Source of the DNA: Cyanobacteria bacterium P01_A01_bin.123
GTDB taxonomy: Bacteria > Cyanobacteriota > Cyanobacteriia > Phormidesmidales > Phormidesmidaceae
DNA: 64,000 nt
Reading direction: 5' to 3'
NCBI GenBank assembly: GCA_039815185.1
Contig: JBCBZT010000012.1
Coordinates: 32,001-96,000 of the forward strand
Part shown: positions 42,463 through 51,520 of the stretch, piece by piece
Numbering within the stretch: the stretch's first letter is position 1
Layout of the letters: each line of letters opens with the position of its first letter
The notes under the pieces: model-generated
Told to the model about the DNA's origin: nothing
What the model saw: the letters and a program-made list of their open reading frames with translations, nothing else
Databases searched by the model: none
Translations under genes and position numbers: made by a program

Positions 42463-43038
42463 ATGTTGGCCGTCTCAAACGAGTCTAGCCACGGCTTCCA
42501 TGCTGTTCTTGTTACCGCTAATGTGTTTCAAAATTGCTTGCCCAAGCTTAAGCAAGACGTTGCTCTCAATATCGCGCTGCTGGATGGATTTCTAAGGCAT
42601 CCCATCCGCTGGTATGTTTCAGAAGTTGATTACCAGATGATTGCGCTGTACTGGCGTCTATTTGGCGACCCGTCCTGCGAATCGGCATACCTGGGGATGT
42701 TCAAGCAAGTTCGGTTCTGCATGGTCAATGCCGCGATTCAAGCCGAAGCTCGGCACCATCCGATGTCCAGCGTCTCAGACTCGATTCGGTTGGCCTGTGC
42801 CATTGACCGTCAGGTTGATGCCTTAGTGACTTGGGAACCCGATCACTTCACCCGTAATCCCGAAGACCACGACCAGGTTTCTGAGCATGGTTTCTTTGAC
42901 TATCACCTTTCCTCAGAAGTCTTCTCAGAAGATGCTGATCTTGAGCCAGTGGTAAAACTAGATGACAGCGAAGCCACAGCCGAGAAACCCTGCATCCGGA
43001 TTTTTTCTGTGAGGGCCTTTTCCCAAAGGCTGGTTTAA
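42463..43038 (+). CDS. Divergent PIN-domain-like protein
   Basis: VLVTANV (cf. VLVDTNV); DSIRLACAIDRQVDALVTWEPDHF (cf. DAIQ.ACA....D.IVT.N..DF); final IRIFSVRAF strand. Confidence 0.6.
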   Translation: MLAVSNESSHGFHAVLVTANVFQNCLPKLKQDVALNIALLDGFLRHPIRWYVSEVDYQMIALYWRLFGDPSCESAYLGMFKQVRFCMVNAAIQAEARHHPMSSVSDSIRLACAIDRQVDALVTWEPDHFTRNPEDHDQVSEHGFFDYHLSSEVFSEDADLEPVVKLDDSEATAEKPCIRIFSVRAFSQRLV

Positions 43039-43078
43039 AGCCACACGCGCATCTAAACCTTGAGCCACACCCAGCGAA

Positions 43079-43180
43079 TAAATATAGCGCTGGCCAGCTT
43101 GCTTAATGCACCGAGTGCCGCTGAGATGCTCAGTAAACAAGTAATCTGGCTCGCAGTAGCGCACAAAGCTTTGTGGCTGC
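43079..43180. repeat. ~100-bp structured repeat element, copy 1
   Basis: GCCAGCTTGCTT...AAGTAATCTGGC long hairpin followed by GTAGCGCACAAAGCTTTGTGGCTGC. It has 86/102 identity to copy 3 by manual alignment. Confidence 0.85.
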
Positions 43181-43230
43181 TGCCATCAGTCCGGGGAGCC
43201 GAATATCAGATCCGGTCTGAACGCGATTAG

Positions 43231-43321
43231 TATAGCTGGCCAGCTTGCTTAAGACATCTAGTATCTATCGTTGGAATACTTGGCATACAAGCAATCTGGC
43301 TCACAGTAGCGCACAATGCTT
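43231..43321. repeat. ~100-bp structured repeat element, copy 2 (more diverged)
   Basis: GCTGGCCAGCTTGCTTAA...CAAGCAATCTGGCTCACAGTAGCGCACAA. Confidence 0.8.
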
Positions 43322-43351
43322 AATTATGGCGATCACCATAATTAAGCATTG
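43314..43351. repeat. 16-bp perfect inverted repeat
   Basis: CAATGCTTAATTATGG-CGATCA-CCATAATTAAGCATTG. Confidence 0.85.
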
Positions 43352-43451
43352 AGATAGGCAATTGTCGCATGTGAGAATTGTCTATTTCAATGCTTGAAGG
43401 TTGTCGAAAATGCAAGTGCTGCTTACGATGGACGGAGTATAGCTTAACAAT

Positions 43452-45056
43452 ATGAAAGTATTACTTGTCTATCCGCTGTTTCCAAAAAGCTTTTGGTCTT
43501 TTGATAAAACCCTAGAGCTGGTTAATTTTAAGGCACAGCTTCCTCCCTTGGGGATTATCACCGTCGCAGCTATACTGCCCCAGCATTGGGAGTTCAAACT
43601 GGTTGATCGCAATGTTCGCGAGATCACCGAAGATGAGTGGGCTTGGGCGGATGTGGTGTTGCTATCTGCCATGATTGTGCAAAAGCCCGATCTGATGGAT
43701 CAGATTGCCGAAGCCAAGCGCCGAAATAAGCTGGTTGCCGTGGGTGGGCCTTACGCCACAGCGTTGCCCAACGAAGTGGAAGGATCCGGGGCAGACTTCT
43801 TGATTTTGGACGAAGGGGAAATTACCCTACCGATGTTTGTTGAGGCGATCGAACGGGGCGATCGCGCAGGTAAGTTTCGATCCGGCGGTGAGAAACCCGA
43901 TGTCACGATTACCCCAATCCCGCGCTACGACCTGCTAGAACTTGACGCCTATGCCGAAATGTCGGTGCAGTTTTCGCGCGGATGTCCATTCCAGTGTGAG
44001 TTTTGCGACATCATCGTGCTTTACGGTCGTAAGCCCCGTACCAAAGAGCCAGAGCAGCTGCTAGCCGAACTCCAATGTCTTTACGATCTGGGTTGGCGAC
44101 GCAGCATCTTTATGGTGGACGACAATTTCATTGGCAACAAGCGCAACGTCAAGCGCTTGTTATCGGCTATGAAACCTTGGATTGCAGACCACAACTATCC
44201 CTTCTCGTTTGCGACTGAAGCCTCCGTCGATTTGGCTCAAGACCCTGAGCTGATGCAGATGATGGTGGACTGCAACTTTGGCACCGTCTTTTTGGGCATT
44301 GAGACCCCAGATAGTGATAGTCTCACCCTGACCCGCAAATACCAAAATAACCGTGATCCCCTAGCCGAAGCTGTAAAGTCCATCGCTCGCGCTGGGTTGC
44401 GGGTAATGGCCGGATTTATTATTGGCTTTGATGGTGAAAAAACAGGGGCTGGACAGCGAATCGTCAACTTTGTGGAAGAAACTACGATTCCCACAGCCAT
44501 GTTGAGTATGCTGCAAGCCCTACCTGACACGGCCCTTTGGCACCGATTGGTCAAAGAGGAGCGGTTGCTTTCTGGGGAGGTCGATGGCAACCAGGTAATG
44601 TTGATGAACTTTGTGCCGACTCGCCCCTTGGAAACCATTGCCAAGGAGTTCATTGAGGCGTTTTGGCAATTGTATGACCCGATCGCATTACTCAATCGCA
44701 ACTATCGCCATTTTTTGATTTTGGGTGAGGGGCAACGAGAACGCTACAAGGGCAGCGGGCGCAGTCAATCAGCGGGTACCCCAGATATCAACTGGGTGAC
44801 GATTCGCGCCCTATTAATTGTCTGTTGGCGACAAGGAGTCGTCCGCAAAACTCGTTTGCGCTTCTGGCTCAATTTGATTAGTTTGCTGTTGAAATATCCT
44901 GAGGTGGTGGGCAACTATCTGGGAGTTTGTGCTCAAGCCGAACACTTTGTCGATTTCCGCGAACTGGTGTCGTCGCAAATTGAAGCTCAACTAGATGCCT
45001 ATCTCGCTCAGAAGGCCAAGCTGGATCAAGAGAAGGTTAAGGTACTTGCAGCTTAG
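43452..45056 (+). CDS. B12-binding radical SAM protein (DUF4070 / HpnP-related family)
   Basis: N-terminal cobalamin-binding domain (PPLG..TVAA, GGPY); CPFQCEFC motif; VDDNFIGN. Confidence 0.92.
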   Translation: MKVLLVYPLFPKSFWSFDKTLELVNFKAQLPPLGIITVAAILPQHWEFKLVDRNVREITEDEWAWADVVLLSAMIVQKPDLMDQIAEAKRRNKLVAVGGPYATALPNEVEGSGADFLILDEGEITLPMFVEAIERGDRAGKFRSGGEKPDVTITPIPRYDLLELDAYAEMSVQFSRGCPFQCEFCDIIVLYGRKPRTKEPEQLLAELQCLYDLGWRRSIFMVDDNFIGNKRNVKRLLSAMKPWIADHNYPFSFATEASVDLAQDPELMQMMVDCNFGTVFLGIETPDSDSLTLTRKYQNNRDPLAEAVKSIARAGLRVMAGFIIGFDGEKTGAGQRIVNFVEETTIPTAMLSMLQALPDTALWHRLVKEERLLSGEVDGNQVMLMNFVPTRPLETIAKEFIEAFWQLYDPIALLNRNYRHFLILGEGQRERYKGSGRSQSAGTPDINWVTIRALLIVCWRQGVVRKTRLRFWLNLISLLLKYPEVVGNYLGVCAQAEHFVDFRELVSSQIEAQLDAYLAQKAKLDQEKVKVLAA

Positions 45057-45129
45057 GCTACTCAGCGGGAACTGCTTGCTGAGGGGCTGTCATCAACTAA
45101 ATCGTTATGCTGACTGCCGATTCGATCCC

Positions 45130-45231
45130 TAAATATGGCGCTGGCCAGATTGCTTAATGCACTGACTATTGCTGGGATGCTTAGGATGCAAGCAATCTGG
45201 CTCGCCGCAGCGCACAAAGCTTTGTGGCTAC
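45130..45231. repeat. ~100-bp structured repeat element, copy 3
   Basis: GCCAGATTGCTT...AAGCAATCTGGC perfect 12-bp stem, then GCAGCGCACAAAGCTTTGTGGCTAC. Confidence 0.85.
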
Positions 45232-45239
45232 GGCTATCC

Positions 45240-46103
45240 CTAAGCAAAGACCAGCTCGTTTACATCTATCAGCGCTGCTGGAAGCGTATTTGCATTACAC
45301 CAGGCATTAACTGTTTGAGTAAACAAATCGGGCATCTCGAAAAACCATCCGTGGCTTGCATCCGGTACTAGATATCCCTCACCTTGAGGCATTGCATTGG
45401 CAAGGACGGGGAGAGATTCGTGTACCAGATGAAAGTCGTGTTCTCCAGAGGTGATTAGCGTTGGATGATGGATATTGTTGATGTTAGCGGGCATCTTGTA
45501 GCGGCTTGCTTCAAGCAAGACATCTAGCATGGTGTTCCCGACGGCGTGCGTCAGCTCACTGTGATACCGCTTGAACGTACAGTCAGGAATTTTCATCGCT
45601 TGGACGTTGAGCTTAATGATGAAGTCTGTTGTGAGCCACGAATTCATTAGAGGGCCCATGAGTTGAGTCATCCATATCATCGGGTGTCGATTGGGTAGAG
45701 GAAAAGCAGTAATGCCACTCAAAATCACCCGCTCAGCTACCTGGGGATAGCGAGATAGCAGTTGGAGTGCGACGTAAGCCCCTAAAGATACGCCCACAAT
45801 ATGTGCTCGGCCATGGGTAGCCCGTTGCTGGATTACCTCAGCAATCAGATAGGCGGTCTCATCCAGCGATCGCCAAGGCGTTTGGCTGCTCTGGCCATGC
45901 CCTGGCAAGTCAGGCGCAAGACAATTGAAGTCTGTGAGGTGCACCATTTGGGTTTGCCACATCCTGCTGCTGGCACCTGCACTGTGGAGAAAAATAATTG
46001 TAGGCTTGGCGCGATCGCCAGCGTCTTCGACATGGAGGGAAAGCGTCATGGTTCTCGAAAAAGTGGTAGGGGCACTGGTCAGGATTGGATAGGAGGTACG
46101 CAT
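45240..46103 (-). CDS. Alpha/beta fold hydrolase
   Basis: FLHSAG, DLPGHGQS, GVSLG nucleophile elbow, GEHD and catalytic His (ASHG). Start may be 46049. Confidence 0.88.
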   Translation of the reverse strand: MRTSYPILTSAPTTFSRTMTLSLHVEDAGDRAKPTIIFLHSAGASSRMWQTQMVHLTDFNCLAPDLPGHGQSSQTPWRSLDETAYLIAEVIQQRATHGRAHIVGVSLGAYVALQLLSRYPQVAERVILSGITAFPLPNRHPMIWMTQLMGPLMNSWLTTDFIIKLNVQAMKIPDCTFKRYHSELTHAVGNTMLDVLLEASRYKMPANINNIHHPTLITSGEHDFHLVHESLPVLANAMPQGEGYLVPDASHGWFFEMPDLFTQTVNAWCNANTLPAALIDVNELVFA

Positions 46104-46131
46104 CGCAACTTGCGATGCGTACCTCTTAGGC

Positions 46132-48465
46132 TTAATTCACTTTGGCAGCGAAGATTTCCTGACCGGCTTGGTAGAGGGTAAAGCCATTAACGGTTCCCTC
46201 TGTTGAGACATCAAACCTGATGGTGATGTTATCCATCTGAGCAAAGAATTCAGTCTCTGAGGTGGGATACAGGGTAAATGATTCCTGCCCTGTTGCCTGG
46301 GCGATCAACTGATCATCCTCAACCCTAATATCCACCTGCATTTGGGGCAATAGCTGGTAGGTACCGACATAGCGGTTATAAATCTCTGGATCAACCTCAA
46401 CGCTTTCAGGTGCTGCTGTGCTGACTGTTACCGTATCAATGTCCACCGTGAGCGCTTCTAGCTGCGCCTGCAATTCTGGAGACATCTCGGATTGATATCG
46501 CCCACCTAGGTGTTCAGCAAAAAAGCGTTCTAGGGCGGCAATCATCGCCAACCGATTTCCTTCTTTACGAAAACCGTGACCTTCATCGGGGGCGATCAAG
46601 TATTCGACTGGATAACCCAAATCTCGCATTGCAACCACAATTTGATCTGACTCAACTTGCTTGACGCGTGGATCGTTAGCCCCTTGAACCACCATTAAGG
46701 GAGCCTGAATTTGATCGGCAAAAAACAGGGGAGATTGAGCTTCTAATCGGGTGCGATCGCTAGGATCATCTGGATCACCTAGGCGCAGCGTAAAAGTTGC
46801 TCTGAGAGAAGCCCAGTAGGGCGGAATTGAATCGAGCAGCGTAATTAGGTTAGACGGGCCAACCACAGATGCTCCAGCCGCATAGAGATCAGGGGTGAAA
46901 GCTAATCCAGCTAACGTTGCATAACCCCCATAGGATCCCCCGAAGATGCCGACTCGCTCTGGATCGGCGATGCCCTGATCGATTAGATACTGCACGCCAT
47001 CAGTGATGTCATGCTGCATCGCGCCCGTGCCCCATTCGTGGTTGCCGGCGTTGAGAAAGGCTTTGCCGTAGCCCGTAGACCCCCGGAAATTAGGTTGGAT
47101 TACAGCGTAGCCTCGGTTTGCCAAGAACTGGGCAAAGGGGTTGTAGCCCCAAATATCCCGTGCCCAAGGTCCCCCGTGGGGCATGACAATGACGGGCAAA
47201 TTTTCTGGGGGCATGCCGGGGGGCAGCGTTAGATAGGCTGGAATTTCCAAGCCGTCGCGGGCGGTGTAGCGGATGGGCTGCATGGCCCCTAGCTCGTAAG
47301 CCCCTAGCTCGGGTCGAGAATCGTAAAGCTTCTCTACGGTTTGAGCGGTGCGATCGAATAAATACACTGAACCGGGATTGACGTCACTTTGAATCCCGAT
47401 TAAGGCCAGTTGATCATCACGGGTGACGGATTTGAGGGATATCTCATAGTTGGGAAATTGCTGGTTGAGAAACGCTAGATCGCTTGCCAGTTGCTCGGTT
47501 TTGGGATAAATGCGGACGCGATCGCCCACATAAGACGTCGCGATTAGCTCATCGGTAGCCTCAGAAAAAACGGCCCCACCAAAGTCTACCTGGTTGTCGG
47601 GATCCGTTTCTATAATCTGGCTTTGCCGGGTGTCCAGATTAAACAGCTCTAGCTGAATCAGGTTGACATCTCGATTGGTTGCGAGATACACCTGCTGGGG
47701 GTTTCGATGAAACCGGATGGGATAGCAGGTATCTTCAATCTCGCAGCTATACACTGGCGTTAACCTGCCATTTTCGACCGCTAGAATTTCGTTTCCCCCC
47801 GCTACGCTCTGGCGATAGGCAAGGCGCACATGACCCTCCAAATCAGTGACCCAAGAACCGATCCGCTGATCATTCTGAATAATCAGCGTCCGCTCACCCG
47901 TCGTCAGATCTAAGCGATAGACATCGTGGAATTGCGGGTCGCGATCGTTAAGACCAATGATGATCTGGTTTGGGGTTTGCTTAGGAACCGCGTAAATTTG
48001 CACCTGAACATTGTCTATAGGGGTCAGATTGCGGGTTCCACTGCCGTCTAGCGCCCCAGGTTCAGCAGCATAGATGTGAAAATTCTCGTCGCCCCCCTTA
48101 TCTTGAGCATAGAGAATGTAGCGACCATCGGCACTCCAAAAATAGACGATAATGGGGCTTTCTCCGTCGGCGGTGACGGGGCGGGCAGCGGCCATCGGTT
48201 CGTCTATGCCCTTCACCCAAACATTCATCACCCCGTCTAGCGGTTTTTGAAACGCCAAAAATTTGCCGTCTGGTGACAGTTGGGCTCCCGTAATCTCTGG
48301 ATCGGCAAAGAACAGCGCTCGATCGATTAGGGGGGGTTGGGTGCTAGAGGCTTCGTTGGCGATCGCGGCCGTTGTCGTTAACGGTTGGGGTGTATTGCTG
48401 AAGCCAACCCCCATCAAGCTCATAGACACGATGGCCAAACCTGCACTTAGTTGGAATCGCTTCAT
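46132..48465 (-). CDS. Secreted S9 family serine peptidase with C-terminal DUF3471-like domain
   Basis: Signal peptide; HGGPW, GGSYGG, QGANDPRV and DEGHGF; C-terminal YVGTYQL...LYPTSETEFF. Confidence 0.92.
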   Translation of the reverse strand: MKRFQLSAGLAIVSMSLMGVGFSNTPQPLTTTAAIANEASSTQPPLIDRALFFADPEITGAQLSPDGKFLAFQKPLDGVMNVWVKGIDEPMAAARPVTADGESPIIVYFWSADGRYILYAQDKGGDENFHIYAAEPGALDGSGTRNLTPIDNVQVQIYAVPKQTPNQIIIGLNDRDPQFHDVYRLDLTTGERTLIIQNDQRIGSWVTDLEGHVRLAYRQSVAGGNEILAVENGRLTPVYSCEIEDTCYPIRFHRNPQQVYLATNRDVNLIQLELFNLDTRQSQIIETDPDNQVDFGGAVFSEATDELIATSYVGDRVRIYPKTEQLASDLAFLNQQFPNYEISLKSVTRDDQLALIGIQSDVNPGSVYLFDRTAQTVEKLYDSRPELGAYELGAMQPIRYTARDGLEIPAYLTLPPGMPPENLPVIVMPHGGPWARDIWGYNPFAQFLANRGYAVIQPNFRGSTGYGKAFLNAGNHEWGTGAMQHDITDGVQYLIDQGIADPERVGIFGGSYGGYATLAGLAFTPDLYAAGASVVGPSNLITLLDSIPPYWASLRATFTLRLGDPDDPSDRTRLEAQSPLFFADQIQAPLMVVQGANDPRVKQVESDQIVVAMRDLGYPVEYLIAPDEGHGFRKEGNRLAMIAALERFFAEHLGGRYQSEMSPELQAQLEALTVDIDTVTVSTAAPESVEVDPEIYNRYVGTYQLLPQMQVDIRVEDDQLIAQATGQESFTLYPTSETEFFAQMDNITIRFDVSTEGTVNGFTLYQAGQEIFAAKVN

Positions 48466-48555
48466 CACAAACAGTTTGCTCCAAGAATTTTTGATGTGAT
48501 GCAAATCTAACAAGACTCGTGCAGCCCTTTCTATATCGGGAAGTCACGGGTATGG

Positions 48556-48569
48556 ATGACTTTTGTCAT
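48556..48569. promoter_or_regulatory. Palindromic operator candidate for the adjacent NarL-family regulator
   Basis: ATGAC-TTTT-GTCAT in the divergent promoter, plus an AAGTCAC half-site at 48541-48547. Confidence 0.55.
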
Positions 48570-48583
48570 AGGGATTTGGCTGC

Positions 48584-49864
48584 ATGTGCCCTAGGATCAA
48601 GACACTACTGATTCATCAATCTGCGGTCAAAGCGATGACAGGTCGGGCAGTGCCTAAGGTTCCCACAACGATTAATTCGATTCCCAAAATACTGCTCTAC
48701 GTAGAGTGGGCATTTTTGGTGATGGTGACGCTGCGCGTCCTCTTTCCCATCCTTTATGAGCCCATTCCCTATGAGGTTAGTGGTGGTGACTATCTTAATT
48801 TTGGTGTGTTTGGCATCTTAGCGATTCTGAGCTTTTGCTTTCCCATCCACCGGCCGATGTGGCAGCGGCAAGTCTATATTTTTGTCGAGATTGCTTGTTT
48901 GTTACCCACTCGAATGTTTAGTGATTGGGGGCTAGACCCTTTTCTTTACGTATTTCTGGTAAAAAGTGGGTTCTTGCTGCGTCGTCGCGATGTCATTATC
49001 ACAGCTATCTTGGCTGGCATTGCCTGGCATTTTAGTTTGGCTTGGTGGTTGACTCATCACCTGTCAACGCCCGTCGAACAGATTCAAGAACAGGTACAAA
49101 TTCAGATTCAAGCGATTCAAGAAGTTCCTCAACTGCTGGTGATCGATGCTTTGTTTAATAACATCGTGATTTATGTTCCTTTTAGCCTGCTGATTATTTT
49201 GCTTTGTCTGACCTTGGTGTCTGAACGCAAAAGCCGTCAGCAAGCGGCAGGGTTAGCAGCGGAGGTCGAAGGGCTCGCAGCCGATTTAGAGCGTACTCGC
49301 ATCGCCCGAGATATCCACGATTCTTTGGGACATACGTTGACGACCCTAGACGTACAGCTAGAACTGGCTCAAACCCTGCATACGGCTAATCCCGATCGCG
49401 CCCTGCAGGCGCTAAATCGGGCTAAGGTGCTAGCGAGTCAGTCACTGCAAGAGGTGCGCCGTGCCGTTTCGACAATGCGACAGGGGAGATTTGACCTGAG
49501 CGCTGCACTAGATGCCTTAGTTGAACAGATGAATCAGTCTCAAGCGTTTCAGGTCGATTCCCAAATCAACTTGCCCCAACTACCCCTGCAGGTTAGTCAG
49601 CAGCTTTATTTGATCGTCAAAGAAGGGTTGACCAATATTCAAAAACATAGCCGGGCAACGACGGTGAATCTTTGGGCCCAAACGACCCCAGAAGGGATTT
49701 CTGTGGGGCTTACGGATAATGGCGTTGGGTTTGAGGCCCAGCTTACCAGCTCAGGCTTTGGTCTCCGGGGGATGCAAGAGCGGGTGCAGCTCTTAAAAGG
49801 CCAGATGAAAATTAACAGTGCGGTTGGCAAAGGCACGTTAATTCAAGTGACGATTCCACAATGA
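48584..49864 (+). CDS. Membrane sensor histidine kinase (HisKA_3, DesK/NarX-like)
   Basis: Several TM helices; ERTRIARDIHDSLGH; EGLTNIQKHS; DNGVGF; GFGLRGMQER. Start may be 48635. Confidence 0.93.
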   Translation: MCPRIKTLLIHQSAVKAMTGRAVPKVPTTINSIPKILLYVEWAFLVMVTLRVLFPILYEPIPYEVSGGDYLNFGVFGILAILSFCFPIHRPMWQRQVYIFVEIACLLPTRMFSDWGLDPFLYVFLVKSGFLLRRRDVIITAILAGIAWHFSLAWWLTHHLSTPVEQIQEQVQIQIQAIQEVPQLLVIDALFNNIVIYVPFSLLIILLCLTLVSERKSRQQAAGLAAEVEGLAADLERTRIARDIHDSLGHTLTTLDVQLELAQTLHTANPDRALQALNRAKVLASQSLQEVRRAVSTMRQGRFDLSAALDALVEQMNQSQAFQVDSQINLPQLPLQVSQQLYLIVKEGLTNIQKHSRATTVNLWAQTTPEGISVGLTDNGVGFEAQLTSSGFGLRGMQERVQLLKGQMKINSAVGKGTLIQVTIPQ

Positions 49865-50499
49865 TTCAGATCTTACTGGTAGACGATCAACCCCTTTTTC
49901 GAGAGGGGCTTGCCTCCTTATTAGCCCTGGAGGAAGACTTTGAAATTGTGGGCGAGGCTAACCATGGGCAGGAGGCGATCGCGTTGGCAGAACAGCTCCA
50001 ACCCGATGTGATTTTGATGGACGTGCGGATGCCGGTTTGCAATGGTGTGGATGCCACTCGCGAAATCAATCGCCGCTTCCCGTGGATTCGGATTTTGGTG
50101 CTAACCACCTTTGATGAAGACGAGTATGTGTTTCAGTCTTTGGAGGTGGGGGCGCTGGGCTATTTGCTCAAAAGCACGTCGGCTAAACAGGTGGCGATCG
50201 CGATTCGCAGCGTTCAGCAAGGCTACAGCCACTTAGGGCCAACCATTGCACCCAAGGTGTTTTCCCAGGTCAAGCCGCCTAACAAAGCCCCTAAACCCGA
50301 AAGCCAAACCCAATTTAGCCAGCGAGAACTGGATATTTTGCAGCTCTTGGGTCGGGGGCACAGTAATCGCGAAATTGCCGAAACTCTTCACCTGACTGAG
50401 GGCACGGTGAAAAACCATATGACGAATATTTTTTGTCAGCTGGAGGTTCGCGATCGCACCCAAGCCGCCCTATGGGCCCACGAAAACTTGATCGAATAA
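49861..50499 (+). CDS. NarL/LuxR-family response regulator
   Basis: LLVDDQ, LMDVRMP and the HTH SNREIAETLHLTEGTVKNH; 4-nt overlap with the kinase gene. Confidence 0.95.
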   Translation: MIQILLVDDQPLFREGLASLLALEEDFEIVGEANHGQEAIALAEQLQPDVILMDVRMPVCNGVDATREINRRFPWIRILVLTTFDEDEYVFQSLEVGALGYLLKSTSAKQVAIAIRSVQQGYSHLGPTIAPKVFSQVKPPNKAPKPESQTQFSQRELDILQLLGRGHSNREIAETLHLTEGTVKNHMTNIFCQLEVRDRTQAALWAHENLIE

Positions 50500-51243
50500 A
50501 AACGCGACAAGCTGCTCAAATCGATCTCGATCGCGCCTTTGCTTATAGTTCCGCAACCGCTCAATCAACCCCAATTTATCCACTGTAAAAAGCTGCTGCA
50601 CTTGGTTTGCGATCGCGGTGCTGATCAATAATCCCTGGGTCAATGCCGTCACATTAGCCGGACGGCGATCGCGACTAGCCGTACTAAAGTCGAGGATCTG
50701 AGCCCGATTATCCTGCACAATTGCATGCTGGGTAATGCAGCGCAAATTGCCATGATCTAGCCCCAACTGATCTAACCGAAACCCATCCTCCAAAAGCTGG
50801 ATCAACACGCTTTGCAACAGCATGCGATCGCCCCTATCCACCACCCGCACCACCCAAGGCAGAAAAGGGTCGCCCCCCAAATAGTCCATCACCAAAAAGT
50901 TGGGGCTGTGGGCTAAACAGCGCGGGCCGATCTGGACTTCATTCGCGATCGCCAACAAATTCGCCTCACGGGTCAGGCTAGGCTGAGTTGCATTGGTTCG
51001 GCGCACCTTGAGCGCTGCCAGGCGTCCCCGCCAACGGGCCACCATCACCACCCCACAATAGCCCATGCCTAAGATGGCAAATCCGCCCAGCTGCTTTTCC
51101 CCCACCTGATAAATCTGGTCAACCCCCAAAGCCCTGAGTTCTGACAAGCGACGTCTCAACTCGGCTGAGTCAGGCTGGGGATAAGCTAACAAAAACTCAT
51201 AGGGCGATCCTAAAATGTCAGTCAGCGGCACTCCGTTGGACAT
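50470..51243 (-). CDS. Atypical Ser/Thr protein kinase-like protein (RIO/archaeal-type)
   Basis: LGMGYCGVV, ALKVRR, LTREA, LVMDY, DHGNL and ILDFSTAS. The start is uncertain; the 5' extension to 51402 overlaps another gene. Confidence 0.75.
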   Translation of the reverse strand: MSNGVPLTDILGSPYEFLLAYPQPDSAELRRRLSELRALGVDQIYQVGEKQLGGFAILGMGYCGVVMVARWRGRLAALKVRRTNATQPSLTREANLLAIANEVQIGPRCLAHSPNFLVMDYLGGDPFLPWVVRVVDRGDRMLLQSVLIQLLEDGFRLDQLGLDHGNLRCITQHAIVQDNRAQILDFSTASRDRRPANVTALTQGLLISTAIANQVQQLFTVDKLGLIERLRNYKQRRDRDRFEQLVAFLFDQVFVGP

Positions 51244-51322
51244 GTCAGTTAACAAAACCCCATTCCCCCAACCCTCCAGGAAGCTGCTACCGCGTCTACA
51301 CCCCATCACGCCATCACGCCCC

Positions 51323-51520
51323 ATGAGCGACATTCCCCGACAGTTTTCCGACGATGAGCTCCAGCGGTGGCAAGCTGGACTCGCAGAAGCCAACCGCAAC
51401 AATATTTTCTGTCACTGTCGCGACTGCGATCGCGAATGGGTTGCCTCTTCAGAAGTGCCCTGTCCCTGTGGCAGCCACCGAGTTGAGTATATTGCCTGTT
51501 GGCAATTTCCCGATGGATAA
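51323..51520 (+). CDS. Small Cys-rich (zinc-ribbon-like) hypothetical protein, 65 aa
   Basis: CHCRDCDREW...CPCGS...IACWQFPDG*. Confidence 0.75.
   Translation: MSDIPRQFSDDELQRWQAGLAEANRNNIFCHCRDCDREWVASSEVPCPCGSHRVEYIACWQFPDG

Noticed and set aside
43079..43321. CRISPR mini-array or cobalamin riboswitch upstream of the B12 radical SAM gene
   Set aside because: The units are ~100-bp hairpins with related interiors rather than unique spacers. I saw no B12-box, and a third copy lies downstream of the gene.
45135..45371. 78-aa ORF, considered as a repeated RiPP precursor for the radical SAM enzyme
   Set aside because: It is a translation of the repeat element. Copy 1 lacks the ATG, copy 2 is frameshifted, and the ORF runs antisense into the hydrolase gene.
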